This document shows, one piece after another, positions 12,168 through 23,429 of a stretch of 64,000 nt of DNA. The notes beneath the pieces were generated by a model. That model worked only from the letters and a program-made list of their open reading frames with translations, did not search any database and was not told where the DNA came from. Location of the stretch: assembly GCF_006345805.1 (NCBI RefSeq), contig NC_042999.1, positions 117,676,001-117,740,000 of the forward strand, read 5' to 3'. Positions within the stretch are counted from its first letter, which is position 1. The number at the start of each line of letters is the position of its first letter. The DNA comes from Octopus sinensis (Eukaryota). A program made the translations under genes and the position numbers.

Positions 12168-13850
12168 GTGTATGTATGTATATATATATATATATATATT
12201 AGAAAAAATGAGGTAATCAGAACAGATGGTTCATATTTGTAGATATTTATTTATATATTACATTTTTTACATATATATCATATCATTCGGATTAGCGCTT
12301 TCTCCCATTCTAGTGGGCTTGTATCAATGTATGTTTATGTAATATATATGTGTATGTATATCTGTCAATACATTTATATCTTTTTACAGTTGATAGATAC
12401 TGAATTGAGACACATTTTACACGCGTAGTACACCATTATCATGCATCCAAAGTGTAAAATACGTGTCATCAGGTGATTTTTTGAATAAGTCATACGTTAG
12501 AACGTAACTTCATTTCACGTAGTGAAATGTGAATGCATACCCCAGAGTGATGGTTCATTTTCAGCAGTTTAAAGACGAAACTAAGCCAATAGATATAGAG
12601 ACAGAATACAATTATCATCATAATATATATGAGTAAGAGACAAACAATTATACATGGCAAGAAATGGTTAATATTATATTGCATTCTATGCTAACAGGTG
12701 AACATGAGGCAACAATACATAAATCATATAAGCAAAAATATCAACTCGCATAAAGCTTAATACAAGATTATCTCTTTCTTCGTCGTAACACACTACGATA
12801 CCAACATTGATTTAGATACAATTTCAGTTTTCCTTAAATCAATTTATTTCAGCCCGAATATTTAGCCACACAGCTACCTATAAACACAGGTGAATGTGCT
12901 CGGAAAATGTATCTGCAACCGACATAAGCACATACACTTAGCCACATACTATATCTTCACCCCACACAATATTCCATTACCTGGTGTACAATACTCTTCT
13001 CCGATAACAGAACCTTTCCTTCTTGTACATAAATGCAATTTTCCTTTATGATGTGTACTGCTGCAGTGGGATATTTTGTGCAGTCTTTAACTCTCTTGTC
13101 CCTATGTTTCTTAAATGATGTTTGATATCTATGATCTACAAGAATGTAGTTATAATGCATAAGTGGATCCTTGCAATATTGTGAGGAACATTTACTCTAT
13201 AAAGAGGATTGTACCATAATATATCTCATTTTCTACTTTTATGTTTATGAATATTGGTGTGCTTCAGTATGTAATGATTCATATCTTTAAAACGAGTATT
13301 TCAATGCTCCATGCATTGCGATGATTATTTACGCGGTTAAAAGATTCCTCACCACAGGATAAGCTGGATATACAACCATTCTTCTTAGTATCTGATTTTT
13401 TGGATGTTTATTTAAAAATCAATGGCATTTATTTTAGTATATTCTGTTTTCCCCCTTTTATTAGGGACGTGCTTATCAGTACCTAAATCTGGAGTAATCT
13501 AAGAAAATATTTATGCATAAGATCGCATAAACTGTGATTTCTTTGAGTGTTTGAATACGTTGCTGAATTTTTCCTATGAAAAACATTGTGTGGACATTCA
13601 TGCTATGTAAAGGTTTGAGTGAAAGTAAACAAATATCTGATGGTAATAGCGAATGATTGCTAATAAGAGGAAATAGTCTTAAAAATCAAGTAATTTTAAA
13701 TATGACATGTCGTGAAGGCAAAAATATAACTGCAGACACGTGTTTCCCAATAGATGTCATCATTACATTAGCTGTAACAGGTATAAAACTCGTTGTATAC
13801 AAAAGGAGTAGAGAACATTTATGGCATATATGTATGTATGTGTGTGTTTG

Positions 13851-14127
13851 TGTTGTATAGTGAAATTGTATACCTATCCTAGTAAACAGTGGTAGGGAAA
13901 AGCCATTATAAATAGACTAGTAGCTGGACATCGATAGATGGTTGCGAGTCGGTGTTTTGTAGAGCTATCAGCAATAGTAAGACAGACGTAGTGTATTACT
14001 ATTTCGGTACGAAGAGATACAACGGTATCCGATGACTAGTATATATTGTGACTACTAGTGTAAAACAGAAACTACAGTACAACGGCAGTCACACATCACA
14101 CCAACGGGAGGAACCCACTTTACAACA
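13851..14127 (+). mobile_element. 5' LTR of a Gypsy/Ty3-type retrotransposon
   Basis: TG...CA ends with 11/12 terminal inverted repeat (TGTTGTATAGTG / CACTTTACAACA), immediately followed by a PBS and gag remnants. Confidence 0.8.
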
Positions 14128-14128
14128 G

Positions 14129-14140
14129 TGGCGACTAGGA
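14129..14140 (+). promoter_or_regulatory. Primer-binding site, best match tRNA-Ser(GCU) 3' end
   Basis: TGGCGACTAGGA versus expected TGGCGACGAGGA (one mismatch), 1 nt after the LTR end. tRNA assignment is from recalled tRNA-Ser(GCU) sequence. Confidence 0.65.
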
Positions 14141-15812
14141 AATCAAATTTACGCGGAGTGAAAGAAAACCCAATCACATGGAGAGTTTAAATTAATTCAC
14201 GTAGAAAATGAGATAACTCGACAAAACAGAAACAAAGCTCTTGTTGTGCAAACTTACAATAATTGAAAAATATAGAAATCTAGTTATCTGGGGTAGTTGA
14301 GTTGCAAAAACAGTAACAACAACAACCAAAGGAACAATGAGAACAATAAAAAGGATTGCAGAAGCAAATTTTTCCAACTAATGAAGTTGATAACCAAACC
14401 GGAGAATAAATGTTCGCCTGACCATGTAGCAAATTCCATAAGCGAATTCAAATATGACCCCAAAGAAGGAATAACCTTCGAGGCTTACTTTCGACGATTT
14501 GAACAATTTTTTAAAAAAGAATGTCAAGATTTGATGGACGATATGAAAAATCATCTAGTTTAAGAAAACTAGCGTCAGCAGAGCATGAGAAGTATAGTAA
14601 CTTCATATAGCCAAAAATATATAAATAAATAAAAAATGTTGGACACAGTTGGCATTTTCTGTAAAATATTTAATGAAAAGAGCTCTAGATGAAAATGTTT
14701 AAGTATAGACAAGAACGAAGATGAAGACTTCCCTACTTACACAGGCAGAATCAACAAAGAATGTGAGAGATTCAGGTTACATATGTTTGACAGATAAAAG
14801 GGATGCAGAACTCTGAACGAAAATTCTAGCAAAACTGAAAATGAACCAGGATTTGACAGTGCAGAAACTGTCGGAAGAGTGTGACATGATATAATAATTA
14901 AGGCATGACACGGAAGAAATTCAGCGGAAAGAGTGTTTCACATAAGAACCAGGGCAAAACAAGTCGGAAGTCAAGATGTTGCAGGAAAAGCAGGTAAATA
15001 TCGGGATGTAGACCCATGTATGGCATGTGGCAGGATGTATCTGAAAAAAGATTGTCCGTATAAAAAACAAAATATTTTCGCAGCAGGTTTACAGGTGATA
15101 TAAAATCGCACTGGAAAACCAGAATGATAGGAAAATGGAACAAACAAGGAAAAAATAAATAGTTCGTCTGCAGGAAAAATTGTGACTTCAAAAAACAGAA
15201 AATTTGTGAGTGAGAATTGAAACCGCTAGTGTCAGAACGCAATTAGACACAGGAGGTAACATTACAATCATAAATGAGAAAACATGAGAACAAATGGGTA
15301 AAACAAAATTATGTTGTCCAAACAAAATAACGTATGCTGTTACGGGAAGAAAATTATATTTCACGGGCGAACACGTTTATAGTATAACTAGCAGTATCAT
15401 CCGGCGTTGCTCGGGTTTGTAAGGGAAATAACTATATGAGCATTTTTAGAGATGTAAAGTATAATAGTCATCTCAATATGGCTAACCACAAAGGGGGGGG
15501 TGTTACTGTAGCTTTTTACGTTCTGAGATTTAATAATAAATTTTTAGAGAGTTACTTCCCTTATATATGCCAAAAATGCATTAAAAATGGGAAAAATTGA
15601 TGGTAAATTTTTTTAAAAATCGTAGACTCATTGTAGATGCGCGCTAATACCCAGAAGATCTCGATATGAATCACGACTATAAGATACCCGGTTTTGATTA
15701 AACTGCACCGCAAAATGTGGGAGTAGTTAGGAATCTAAATCGTTGGAGACAGACAGCACACAACCTCTCTTTTATATATAAAGATGTTCAAAGTTCGAAA
15801 CAAAAAAGTGAA
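14141..15812 (+). pseudogene. Degenerate Gypsy gag-protease (interrupted by a Helitron)
   Basis: Gag-like ISEFKYDPKEGITFEAYFRRFE (ORF 14297-14563); knuckle-like PCMACGRMYLKKDCPY near 15016-15062; aspartic protease QLDTGGNITII (DTG at 15246-15254); multiple stops and frameshifts. Confidence 0.75.
15388..15784 (-). mobile_element. Non-autonomous Helitron, copy 2, nested in Gypsy
   Basis: Minus-strand TC start at 15784, CTAG end at 15388, same subterminal hairpin, A|T target. Confidence 0.8.
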
Positions 15813-15814
15813 TA

Positions 15815-16235
15815 ATTTCTTTTATTCCCATAAAGGGATAACACAGAGGAAACAAACAAGGACAGGCAAGCACATAAAGAAAGGGCAAGGGGTATGGCTG
15901 AGCCACGTTCATAACGTGTGGGAATTAACTGAGAATTAAAAATTAGTTAAAAATATGTACAATGCATAAATTACAACGGGGGTATATTTATGGCTCCCTT
16001 TATGTTGGGCCATTCACGCCCAGCAAGCTTTCCACTTTCTTCCATCTTTTCGCAAATACATCCGAATGCAGGCCTCTCCTCTCCAGCGTAATTTTCCGTT
16101 TCTGGTGGAAACGGAAAAAGTTCACCAACCCACGGCTGGGGATGAAGATACCTGTCTCGATTCCTTTCGCTCTCGTCTTTCAGATTGCCTCTTTCGCCAT
16201 TGTTACCACGACAAAGATACAAACCTTTCCTTCCT
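15815..16235 (-). mobile_element. 3' end of a Tx1/L1-like LINE
   Basis: Minus-strand MAKEAI*KTRAKGIETGIFIPSRGLVNFFRFHQKRKITLERR..VFAKRWKKV..GVNGPT*, resembling Tx1-type ORF2 C-termini (AK..IW..R, F..RW), followed by a short UTR with AATAAA. Confidence 0.5.
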
Positions 16236-16474
16236 TGTTGCTGTATTCTATCACCACAACTTTCTCTCACTCTTTCTTCCTGTTTCTACTGTACCTGTAT
16301 TTCAAAGGGCCAGCTTTGTCAAACTCTGTGTCACGCTGAATCTCCCCGAGAACTACGTTAAGGGTTCACATGTCTGTGAAGTGCTCAGCCACTTGCACGT
16401 TAATTTCACGAGCAGGCTGTTCCGTTGAACGGGTCAACTGGAACCTGCGTCGTCGCAGCCGACGGAGTGTCACG
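16236..16474 (+). mobile_element. 5'-truncated SINE-like retroposon with trinucleotide tail
   Basis: Recognised cephalopod-type repeat body (GTACCTGTATTTCAAAGGGCCAGC...GAACTACGTTAAGGG...GACGGAGTG) ending in (ATC)n. Confidence 0.5.
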
Positions 16475-16549
16475 ATCATCATCATCAACATCATCATCAT
16501 CACCACCACCACCACCACCACCACCACCACACCACCACCACCACCTCCA

Positions 16550-16581
<32 letters not shown>

Positions 16582-16635
16582 ATCATCATCATCATCATCA
16601 TCATTAATATCATTATTATTATCATTATTATTATC
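16475..16635. repeat. Compound trinucleotide array (ATC)(ACC)(GCC)(GTC)(ATC)(ATT)
   Basis: Direct inspection. Confidence 0.95.
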
Positions 16636-18088
16636 AAATTGAAAGAGGGGGTAATATGCCCTATCCATAAGGGAGGTAGCAGAGCAGATGCTAAAAATTA
16701 TAGGCCTATCTCTCTGACATCACACATCAGCAAAGTCATGGAAGGAATAGTCCGCAAGAAACTAATCATGTTCCTTGAAGAAAATGACTTGCTGTCTGAC
16801 ACCCAGCATGGGTTTTGACCAGGTAGAAGCTGCCTAACACATGGATGTAATATATCCCGACTTTGGAAAAGCCTTTGATAAAAGCCTTTGATAAAGTCGA
16901 CCACGGTATGATCTGTCACAAACTGCGTGGTCTCGGCATAGGTGGAAAACCTGGAGAGTGGCTGCACAACTTCCTAAATGACAGAAGACAGGCAGTTGTG
17001 AGCAATGGAGCCACCTCCAAGGAAAAACAAATAACAAGCGGTGTTCCACAGGGCACTGTCTTGGGGCCACTGCTGTTCATAGTGGCCCTTTCAGATATGC
17101 CCTCAGTTGCTACGATGGCCACCCTTTCTAGCTATGCACATGACACAAAAGTCTCCCACACAATACAAAACCCTGAAAATATTGCGCATCTGCAACAGGT
17201 GTTGGATACAATATACAGGTGGGCTGAGGACAACAACATGCAGTTTAATGCATGTAAGTTCCAGGCCATGCGTTACCGGCACACAAAGGTAAACGACGTG
17301 CAGACTGGATACACTGGCCCGGGAAGAATTGCAATCCCTGAGTCAAAATCAGTGCGTGACCTGGGCATTGACATGAGCAATGATGCATCTTTCCAAGTGC
17401 ATATTACTAATCCGGTGATAAAATGCAGACGGCTAGCTGGATGGATTATCCGAACTTTCAGAGCAAGAGAGAAGGAGACTCTGATGGTCCTCTGGAAAAC
17501 ATTCGTCCTCAGTCGCTTGGACTACTGCTCCCAACTATGGTCACCACACAATATAAAACTAACGGCAGAACTCGAAGCAATTCAAAGAAGCCACACAAAG
17601 AAGATCGTCTCAATGCAAAATATCAGCTACTAGAGCGAAGGCGGGAGAGATATGCGGTGATATACACCTGGAAAATCCTGGAGGGTCTTGTCCCAAACTT
17701 TGGCATTCAAAGTTACCCCTACCGCAGAACGGGGCGCCACTGCATGGTGCCAAAGATTCCAACATCACCATCAAAATACAGGTCCAGATACTGCAACAGC
17801 TTGGGTTTCAGAGGACCACAGCTCTTTAACATCCTCCCTAAATGCCTGAGAGACTTACACGGTGTGGATGTGGGTTTCTTTAAAACTAAACTGGATCTCT
17901 TCTTGTCGGGGGTCCCAGATGAACCTACCTCACGACAGGAGACACAGATGTGGGCAGCGGCATTGAACTCCCTTGTTGATCAAGTGCCACGTATCAGAGG
18001 TGGATTCACATATTAGTGTAGCTCATTCAGCGGTGGTGTCCCAGCATGGCCGCGGCCTTCGGGCTAAAACATTTTTAAGGATTTAAGG

Positions 18089-18090
<2 letters not shown>
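16636..18090 (+). mobile_element. 5'-truncated CR1/L2-group LINE (RT and 3' end), defective
   Basis: KNYRPISLTSHISKVME, AFDKVDH, GVPQGTVLGPLLF, SYAHDTK (YADD mutated), SRLDYCSQLWSP; internal deletion, 13-bp tandem duplication at 16868-16893 and stops; (ATC)n/(ATT)n tail. Confidence 0.92.
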
Positions 18091-18120
<30 letters not shown>

Positions 18121-18133
18121 CCATCACCATCAC

Positions 18134-18181
<48 letters not shown>

Positions 18182-18182
18182 T

Positions 18183-18259
<77 letters not shown>

Positions 18260-18269
18260 CATTATTATT

Positions 18270-18469
18270 GAGTGAGAGAGCAGTTCATGCCATCAAAGTG
18301 ACAGTGGGGTAAAATATACGAAGCCCAATATACCCATCATGACTACCCGTCTGATAAGGGTATACCAGACACATGCATCACAACCATATGTGCGCGACAT
18401 GGTGATCTCATATCAAGATAAACAGCACATGACCTTGCAGGTGGGGGCCCAGTTAGAATTTTCTTCAGG

Positions 18470-18470
<1 letters not shown>
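18270..18470 (-). mobile_element. Short non-coding retroposon fragment embedded in (TAA)n
   Basis: 200-bp complex sequence flanked on both sides by ATT/TTA arrays; no ORF; family recognised only loosely. Confidence 0.45.
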
Positions 18471-18555
<85 letters not shown>

Positions 18556-18653
18556 TCAGTAGTTTTATTTTTATAGCGTGCTTTCACTTCACTACCGAGC
18601 GCAGCTCTGTGTGCCTTGGGTATGTGCTGTGATTTGTTGTGATGCTCTGATGG

Positions 18654-21038
18654 TTATTGTATGGAAAGTGTTCTGCGTAGGATGTGTGCTGTGCCTAGTA
18701 GTGCAATTTTCTGTATGTTATATGTGTTTGTAAGTCCTGGTGTTTTTGTTATGTATTTGTCTGAATATTTTTTTATCATGCCTAATGCACCTACTATGAT
18801 AGGAATTGTTTCTGTTTTCAGATTCCACATTCTAGTTACCTCTATTTCCAGGTCTTTGTATTTTGAGAGTTTCTCCATTTCTTTTAGAGAAACCTTATCA
18901 TCTGCCGGTATTGATACATCAGTTAGAAAGCATTTCTTTTCTTCATGATCTCTGACAACTATATCTGGTCTGTTAGCCTTAATTTCTCTATCTGTGTGTA
19001 TCGGCGTATCCCAGAGTATGGTTGCTTTCTCGTTTTCTGTGACCTTTTCTGGTGTGTGCCTATACCATCTTTTTTCTGTTGTTATTCCATAATGTTGGCA
19101 TAGCTTCCAATGTATGTAGGTTCCAACTCTGTCATGTCTGTGAATATATTCCTTCTTAGCCAGGACTGGGCAGCTAGAGATAATATGATTAATTGTTTCT
19201 TGTCCATCTCCACATATTCTGCAGTTACTTGTAATATTTCTTTTCATTACATGTTTTTGGTAATTTCTGGTGGGGTGGCTTTGGTCTTGTGCTGCAATTA
19301 AAAATCCCTCTGTCTCTGCTTTGAGTCCTGAGCTTCTCAACCATTGCTGGGATTTTTCTTTGTCTATTTCTTTTGCGTTTAGTTTAGTGCAGTATTTACC
19401 ATGAAGGGGATTTTCTTGCCATCGTTTTATCATGGTTCGTTGCTTTTCTATTTTTAGTTTGGATTTCATTTGTTTTATAGCTTTTGTTGTTTCTTCATCA
19501 TCTTCTTCTTCTTCGTGTTTATTAGGTGGTATGATTTCTTGTTTGTATTTGTCAGCTTCCTTAAATACTGAGAACAGTTTTTTGTTTTGCTCGTGTTTTG
19601 CTGCTATCTGGATCAGTTTTCCTTCCTTCTGAAGTAGATATTTTTGCAGTCCTATGGTGGTTATTTTATAGTAGTTTTCCAGCTGTATAAGGCCTCTACC
19701 ACCTTCTATACGTTGTATATATAGTCTTTCTATGTCAGATTTTGGGTGATGCATCCTAGATCCTGTCATTATTTTTCTTGTTTTCCTATCTATTTTGGAC
19801 AGTTCATTTCGTGTCCAGTTAAGGATATTTTGGCTGTAACTTATAACTGGGACAGCTAAAGTGTTGATACCTATTATCTTGTTTTTAGCATTGAGCTCTG
19901 TTTTTAGTATTGATCTAACTCGTCTATAATATTCTTTTTTTATTTTCTCTTTCATTTGTGTGTGTTGTGTCTTATCTAGTTCATGGATTCCTAAGTATTT
20001 GTAAGTTTGGCTTTGGTCTAATTCTTTTATTTCATTGGTTTTATCTAGTGTGATGTTGTTACTCTTAACTAGTTTTCCTCTTTTCATGGTTACTTTGGCG
20101 CATTTTTCTAATCCAAATTTCATATCTATTTCTTTGGTAAATCCATGAACTGTCTTTAATAGTGTTTCCAGCTGTTTGTCATTTGCAGTGTATAGTTTTA
20201 GGTCATCCATATATAAAAGGTGGCTGATCGTTTTGCCGTAACATTTATATCCGCATCCAGTTCTATTTAGCATATCAGATAGAGGTGACAGTGCTAAGCA
20301 GAAAAGAAGTGGAGAGAGCGTGTCTCCCTGGAATATTCCTCTTCTAATGGGGATGTCTTTGGTTTTCATCAGTCCCTCTTTTGTTTGGAGGTGTAGGACT
20401 GTTTGCCATTTATTCATAGAGTGCTCTATGAATTTTATGATTGTTGGTGCTACTTTGTTAATGGCTAGTGTTTCGAGGATCCATGTGTGGGGGATGCTAT
20501 CAAACGCCTTTTTGTAGTCAATCCAGGCCATACTGAGGCCTTTCTTCTTTCTGTGCCTGTCTTCAGTTACGGCTTTATTAATCATTAGTTGATCTTTACA
20601 GCCATATGAGCCTTTGCGGCATCCTTTCTGCTCTTCTGGGAACAGTTTGTTTTCGTCCAGGTGCTTGTTCAGCCCTTGCGATATCACTGCAGTAAATGCC
20701 TTGAACATAGTAGGGAGGCAGGTTATTGGTCTGTAGTTTTCTGGTTTTGCTGTTTCATTTGATTTGGGAATTAAGATGGTTTTCCCCTTCGTGAGCCATT
20801 CAGGCATTGTCTCTGGCTCTGCTAGTATGCTGTTAAAGTTTTCAGCCAGCTTTTTGTGCATTCCTGTTAGATATTTCAACCAGAAGTTAGGGATCTTGTC
20901 ATGCCCAGGTGCCTTCCAGTTGCTTAGTTTTTGCAGTGCCTGGGTGACCTCTTCAGTTGTTATGGGGGTCCAAATTTGTTCAGATGCCGAGTTTGTTATT
21001 TTGATACTCCTTTTTTTGGCTGTTCGTTTGCCGACCAT
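18654..21038 (-). CDS. R4-clade reverse transcriptase / Zn-knuckle / REL endonuclease ORF (794 aa open)
   Basis: NYRPITCL, IDYKKAFDSIPH, RGIFQGDTLSPLLF, LLYMDDLKLY, CRICGDGQETINHIISSC, RHD, ANRPDIVV, KLSKY. Confidence 0.92.
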   Translation of the reverse strand: MVGKRTAKKRSIKITNSASEQIWTPITTEEVTQALQKLSNWKAPGHDKIPNFWLKYLTGMHKKLAENFNSILAEPETMPEWLTKGKTILIPKSNETAKPENYRPITCLPTMFKAFTAVISQGLNKHLDENKLFPEEQKGCRKGSYGCKDQLMINKAVTEDRHRKKKGLSMAWIDYKKAFDSIPHTWILETLAINKVAPTIIKFIEHSMNKWQTVLHLQTKEGLMKTKDIPIRRGIFQGDTLSPLLFCLALSPLSDMLNRTGCGYKCYGKTISHLLYMDDLKLYTANDKQLETLLKTVHGFTKEIDMKFGLEKCAKVTMKRGKLVKSNNITLDKTNEIKELDQSQTYKYLGIHELDKTQHTQMKEKIKKEYYRRVRSILKTELNAKNKIIGINTLAVPVISYSQNILNWTRNELSKIDRKTRKIMTGSRMHHPKSDIERLYIQRIEGGRGLIQLENYYKITTIGLQKYLLQKEGKLIQIAAKHEQNKKLFSVFKEADKYKQEIIPPNKHEEEEDDEETTKAIKQMKSKLKIEKQRTMIKRWQENPLHGKYCTKLNAKEIDKEKSQQWLRSSGLKAETEGFLIAAQDQSHPTRNYQKHVMKRNITSNCRICGDGQETINHIISSCPVLAKKEYIHRHDRVGTYIHWKLCQHYGITTEKRWYRHTPEKVTENEKATILWDTPIHTDREIKANRPDIVVRDHEEKKCFLTDVSIPADDKVSLKEMEKLSKYKDLEIEVTRMWNLKTETIPIIVGALGMIKKYSDKYITKTPGLTNTYNIQKIALLGTAHILRRTLSIQ

Positions 21039-21095
21039 ATTTCTCTCCAGAATTCTTCCAATTCTTCTGCCGTTGGTGCTGCAGTGACTTCTATT

Positions 21096-22247
21096 TTATT
21101 TTTTCCCAGTTCTTGGTAGAACTTTTTGGGTTGGAGTTGAACTTTTTGTTCTGTTCAAAGAAGCGTTGGCGTTTCTTGTACCGGCGGATCCTTTGAGCTT
21201 TGGCAAGGATGTGATGTTATATTTGCTGAGCATTTTTGTTCTCTTTTTGTTGCTCAGTAGCGTTGATTGTTTGCTGATTTCATTAAGAATCGACAGGTCT
21301 TTTCCAATTTTTTTTTTGTTTCGGATGTTATTTATCCACAGGGTTTGTTTGGGTGGTGGTACTCCTGTTTGGGCGGGTTTGGGTGAGTATCCAGCTTCTT
21401 TTGTGGCTGCAGTGGCTGCTGCGTATATCAAGTCATTTAGTTCAGTGATATCACTTTTTTTTGTTACAGTGGCTAGTCCAGTGACGGCTAGGTTTATGCT
21501 TTTTATAATTGGTGTTGTTATTTCGTTTATTTTTATTCTTGGGAGGTATGGTCGGTGGTCCATTTTGGGCTCTGTGGTTTTCAGTTCTTTGATTATTTTA
21601 TTTTTTATATTATCATAATCATTAGGCTCCCCTTCGTTGTTTACATCGTGTTTGTTGGGAATGTTGCGTTTGTCTTCGTGTTTTACAGTTTCAGTGTTTA
21701 TATTATTGGGCATTGTTGTGTGGCTTCTATCTACATTTTCCTGGTGTATTTTTTCTTTTAAATGTTCTATTTCTATTTCTGATATTTTTTTGGCTTTGAG
21801 AATGTATCTTCGTACGTTAGCTAATTTATTAGGGTTCATTGCTGTATCCAAGTCTATATCTCTATTATTTTCCTTCCATATTTTATATGTATGTGTTGTT
21901 GTATTTTCACTTTTTGGATAGAGCATTGCTGTGAAGTATGCGTGTAAGATAGAAATGTATTCCTCACGTGTCCATTTACGTCTTTTGGGTTTTATTTGCG
22001 TGACATGAGGTACAACGTCTGGCCCATTATTTTGACGGTCGTCATTTTCGTAGGGTACCGGTCCGTTTATTTCTGTTGTCACATTATTTCGCACGTGTAG
22101 TTTTTCGTTCATTTTTTGTTGTAAGTTTAATGTACGTAAAGCTCGATTGTTATTCTTGGGTTGAATAGTATCGGTGGCATTTAATTTCTTCGTAGTTCCT
22201 TTGTACATGGTGTTTGAGGTCGGGGATGATCGTGATGTTCCACGCAT
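21096..22247 (-). CDS. N-terminal domain of the R4-clade protein (frameshifted from the RT ORF)
   Basis: RRKWTREEYISI..AY and NPNKLANVRRYI motifs; colinear with ORF 61938-62582 of copy 3. Confidence 0.75.
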   Translation of the reverse strand: MRGTSRSSPTSNTMYKGTTKKLNATDTIQPKNNNRALRTLNLQQKMNEKLHVRNNVTTEINGPVPYENDDRQNNGPDVVPHVTQIKPKRRKWTREEYISILHAYFTAMLYPKSENTTTHTYKIWKENNRDIDLDTAMNPNKLANVRRYILKAKKISEIEIEHLKEKIHQENVDRSHTTMPNNINTETVKHEDKRNIPNKHDVNNEGEPNDYDNIKNKIIKELKTTEPKMDHRPYLPRIKINEITTPIIKSINLAVTGLATVTKKSDITELNDLIYAAATAATKEAGYSPKPAQTGVPPPKQTLWINNIRNKKKIGKDLSILNEISKQSTLLSNKKRTKMLSKYNITSLPKLKGSAGTRNANASLNRTKSSTPTQKVLPRTGKK

Positions 22248-22495
22248 GTTTACATGTGTTGTGTTAGAGGTGGAGATAATATCGAGTCAAAATACATCAT
22301 TTCGTTTCGAAAATAGTAATAAATTTCAATTAGTATTACTTACTCGGATACAGTCCAATTCTTTGTTAGTAAATCTTTGGCTCCATAGGATGTCCTTGTT
22401 TTCGATGTTTGTGGATAGATTTCGGAGCTCTGTATTTTCCTTCTTACATCTTAAACGTCCCCGGTGTTCTCTCTTAAACGTCCCCGGTGTTCTCC

Positions 22496-22540
<45 letters not shown>

Positions 22541-22569
22541 TATTATTATTATTATTATTATCATTATTA

Positions 22570-22786
22570 AGGCTGTCATGCGGCAGAATCGTTCGCACGT
22601 CGGGTAAAATAAATGCTAGATAGCTTTTTTCGAATTCCTTATGCTCTGAGTTCAAATTCCACCAATGTCCGTTCATCTTTTAGCGTGCGATATAATAAGT
22701 CGTAGACGAGTACTGGGGTCGATATACTCGATTATCCGTCTCCCACAAAATTTCAGGCTTTGTACCTATAACAGAGAGGATTATTA
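22570..22786 (+). mobile_element. tRNA-derived SINE, family A, diverged
   Basis: B box GAGTTCAAATTCC, TACTGGGGTCGAT core, colinear with 2400-2615. Confidence 0.8.
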
Positions 22787-23429
22787 TCAGTCTCTTGTTA
22801 CAGTAGCCATTTTTCATTCGAGGAGTGCTTTTGAAAAAAATAGGATTTGAAAAAAAGCGAAGGGTTCGTGAAACATTATTTTATGAATCTGTATTACGAG
22901 TAGCTGCATTTGTCGAATCTAGCTGTTTTGGACACACCAATTATCATGGTAAAGCAGAATTCTGTTATTAAACCACACCTCCATACTGTTGTTCCTTATT
23001 TAACTAAAGCATGTGGCATTTTGACTGGTCCTCTAATATTTCTTTCAAATTACTGATTTTCGCCAAGAGGAAAAAGAACGATTCCATTGTTTGGATTACG
23101 TTGTTATCTCCTGGTCATAATAATAATCCTTATTATTTTTATATTTCCAGTATTAGTATTTGATAGAAAATATGTTCGGCAACAAGAAGCACCGCAGGTC
23201 ATTAATATTTTGTTTTCTTCCTTAAAATTGCTGGTGCCCATCTGGCATTTACTGTTTAATTGCGTAGATGATTATTCAAAATAATATGATGCAATACATC
23301 TAAGAGATTTTAAAATATCTTTGGGCGTAAATTCTTAATTTTAGAACTATCGAAGTCCATGTTTCTAGAGATCATTTTCTAAGGTGCTTCTTTTACTTTA
23401 CTACCTTTACTACCTTTTACTTTACTACC

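Larger units (their letters stand above)
18557..22495 (-). mobile_element. Near full-length R4/Dong-clade non-LTR retrotransposon, copy 1
   Basis: RT plus CCHC plus restriction-like endonuclease; flanked at both ends by (TAA)n; 22-bp tandem duplication at the 5' end (22450-22494); 43-bp frameshifting deletion near 21210 relative to copy 3. Confidence 0.93.

Noticed and set aside
12408-12475. 14-bp hairpin next to a minus-strand CTGATGA
   Set aside because: No GAAA box or stem I in the right register.
22400-22495. HDV-like ribozyme at the R4 5' end (known for R2-type elements)
   Set aside because: No P1/P2 nested double-pseudoknot pairing could be found by eye.
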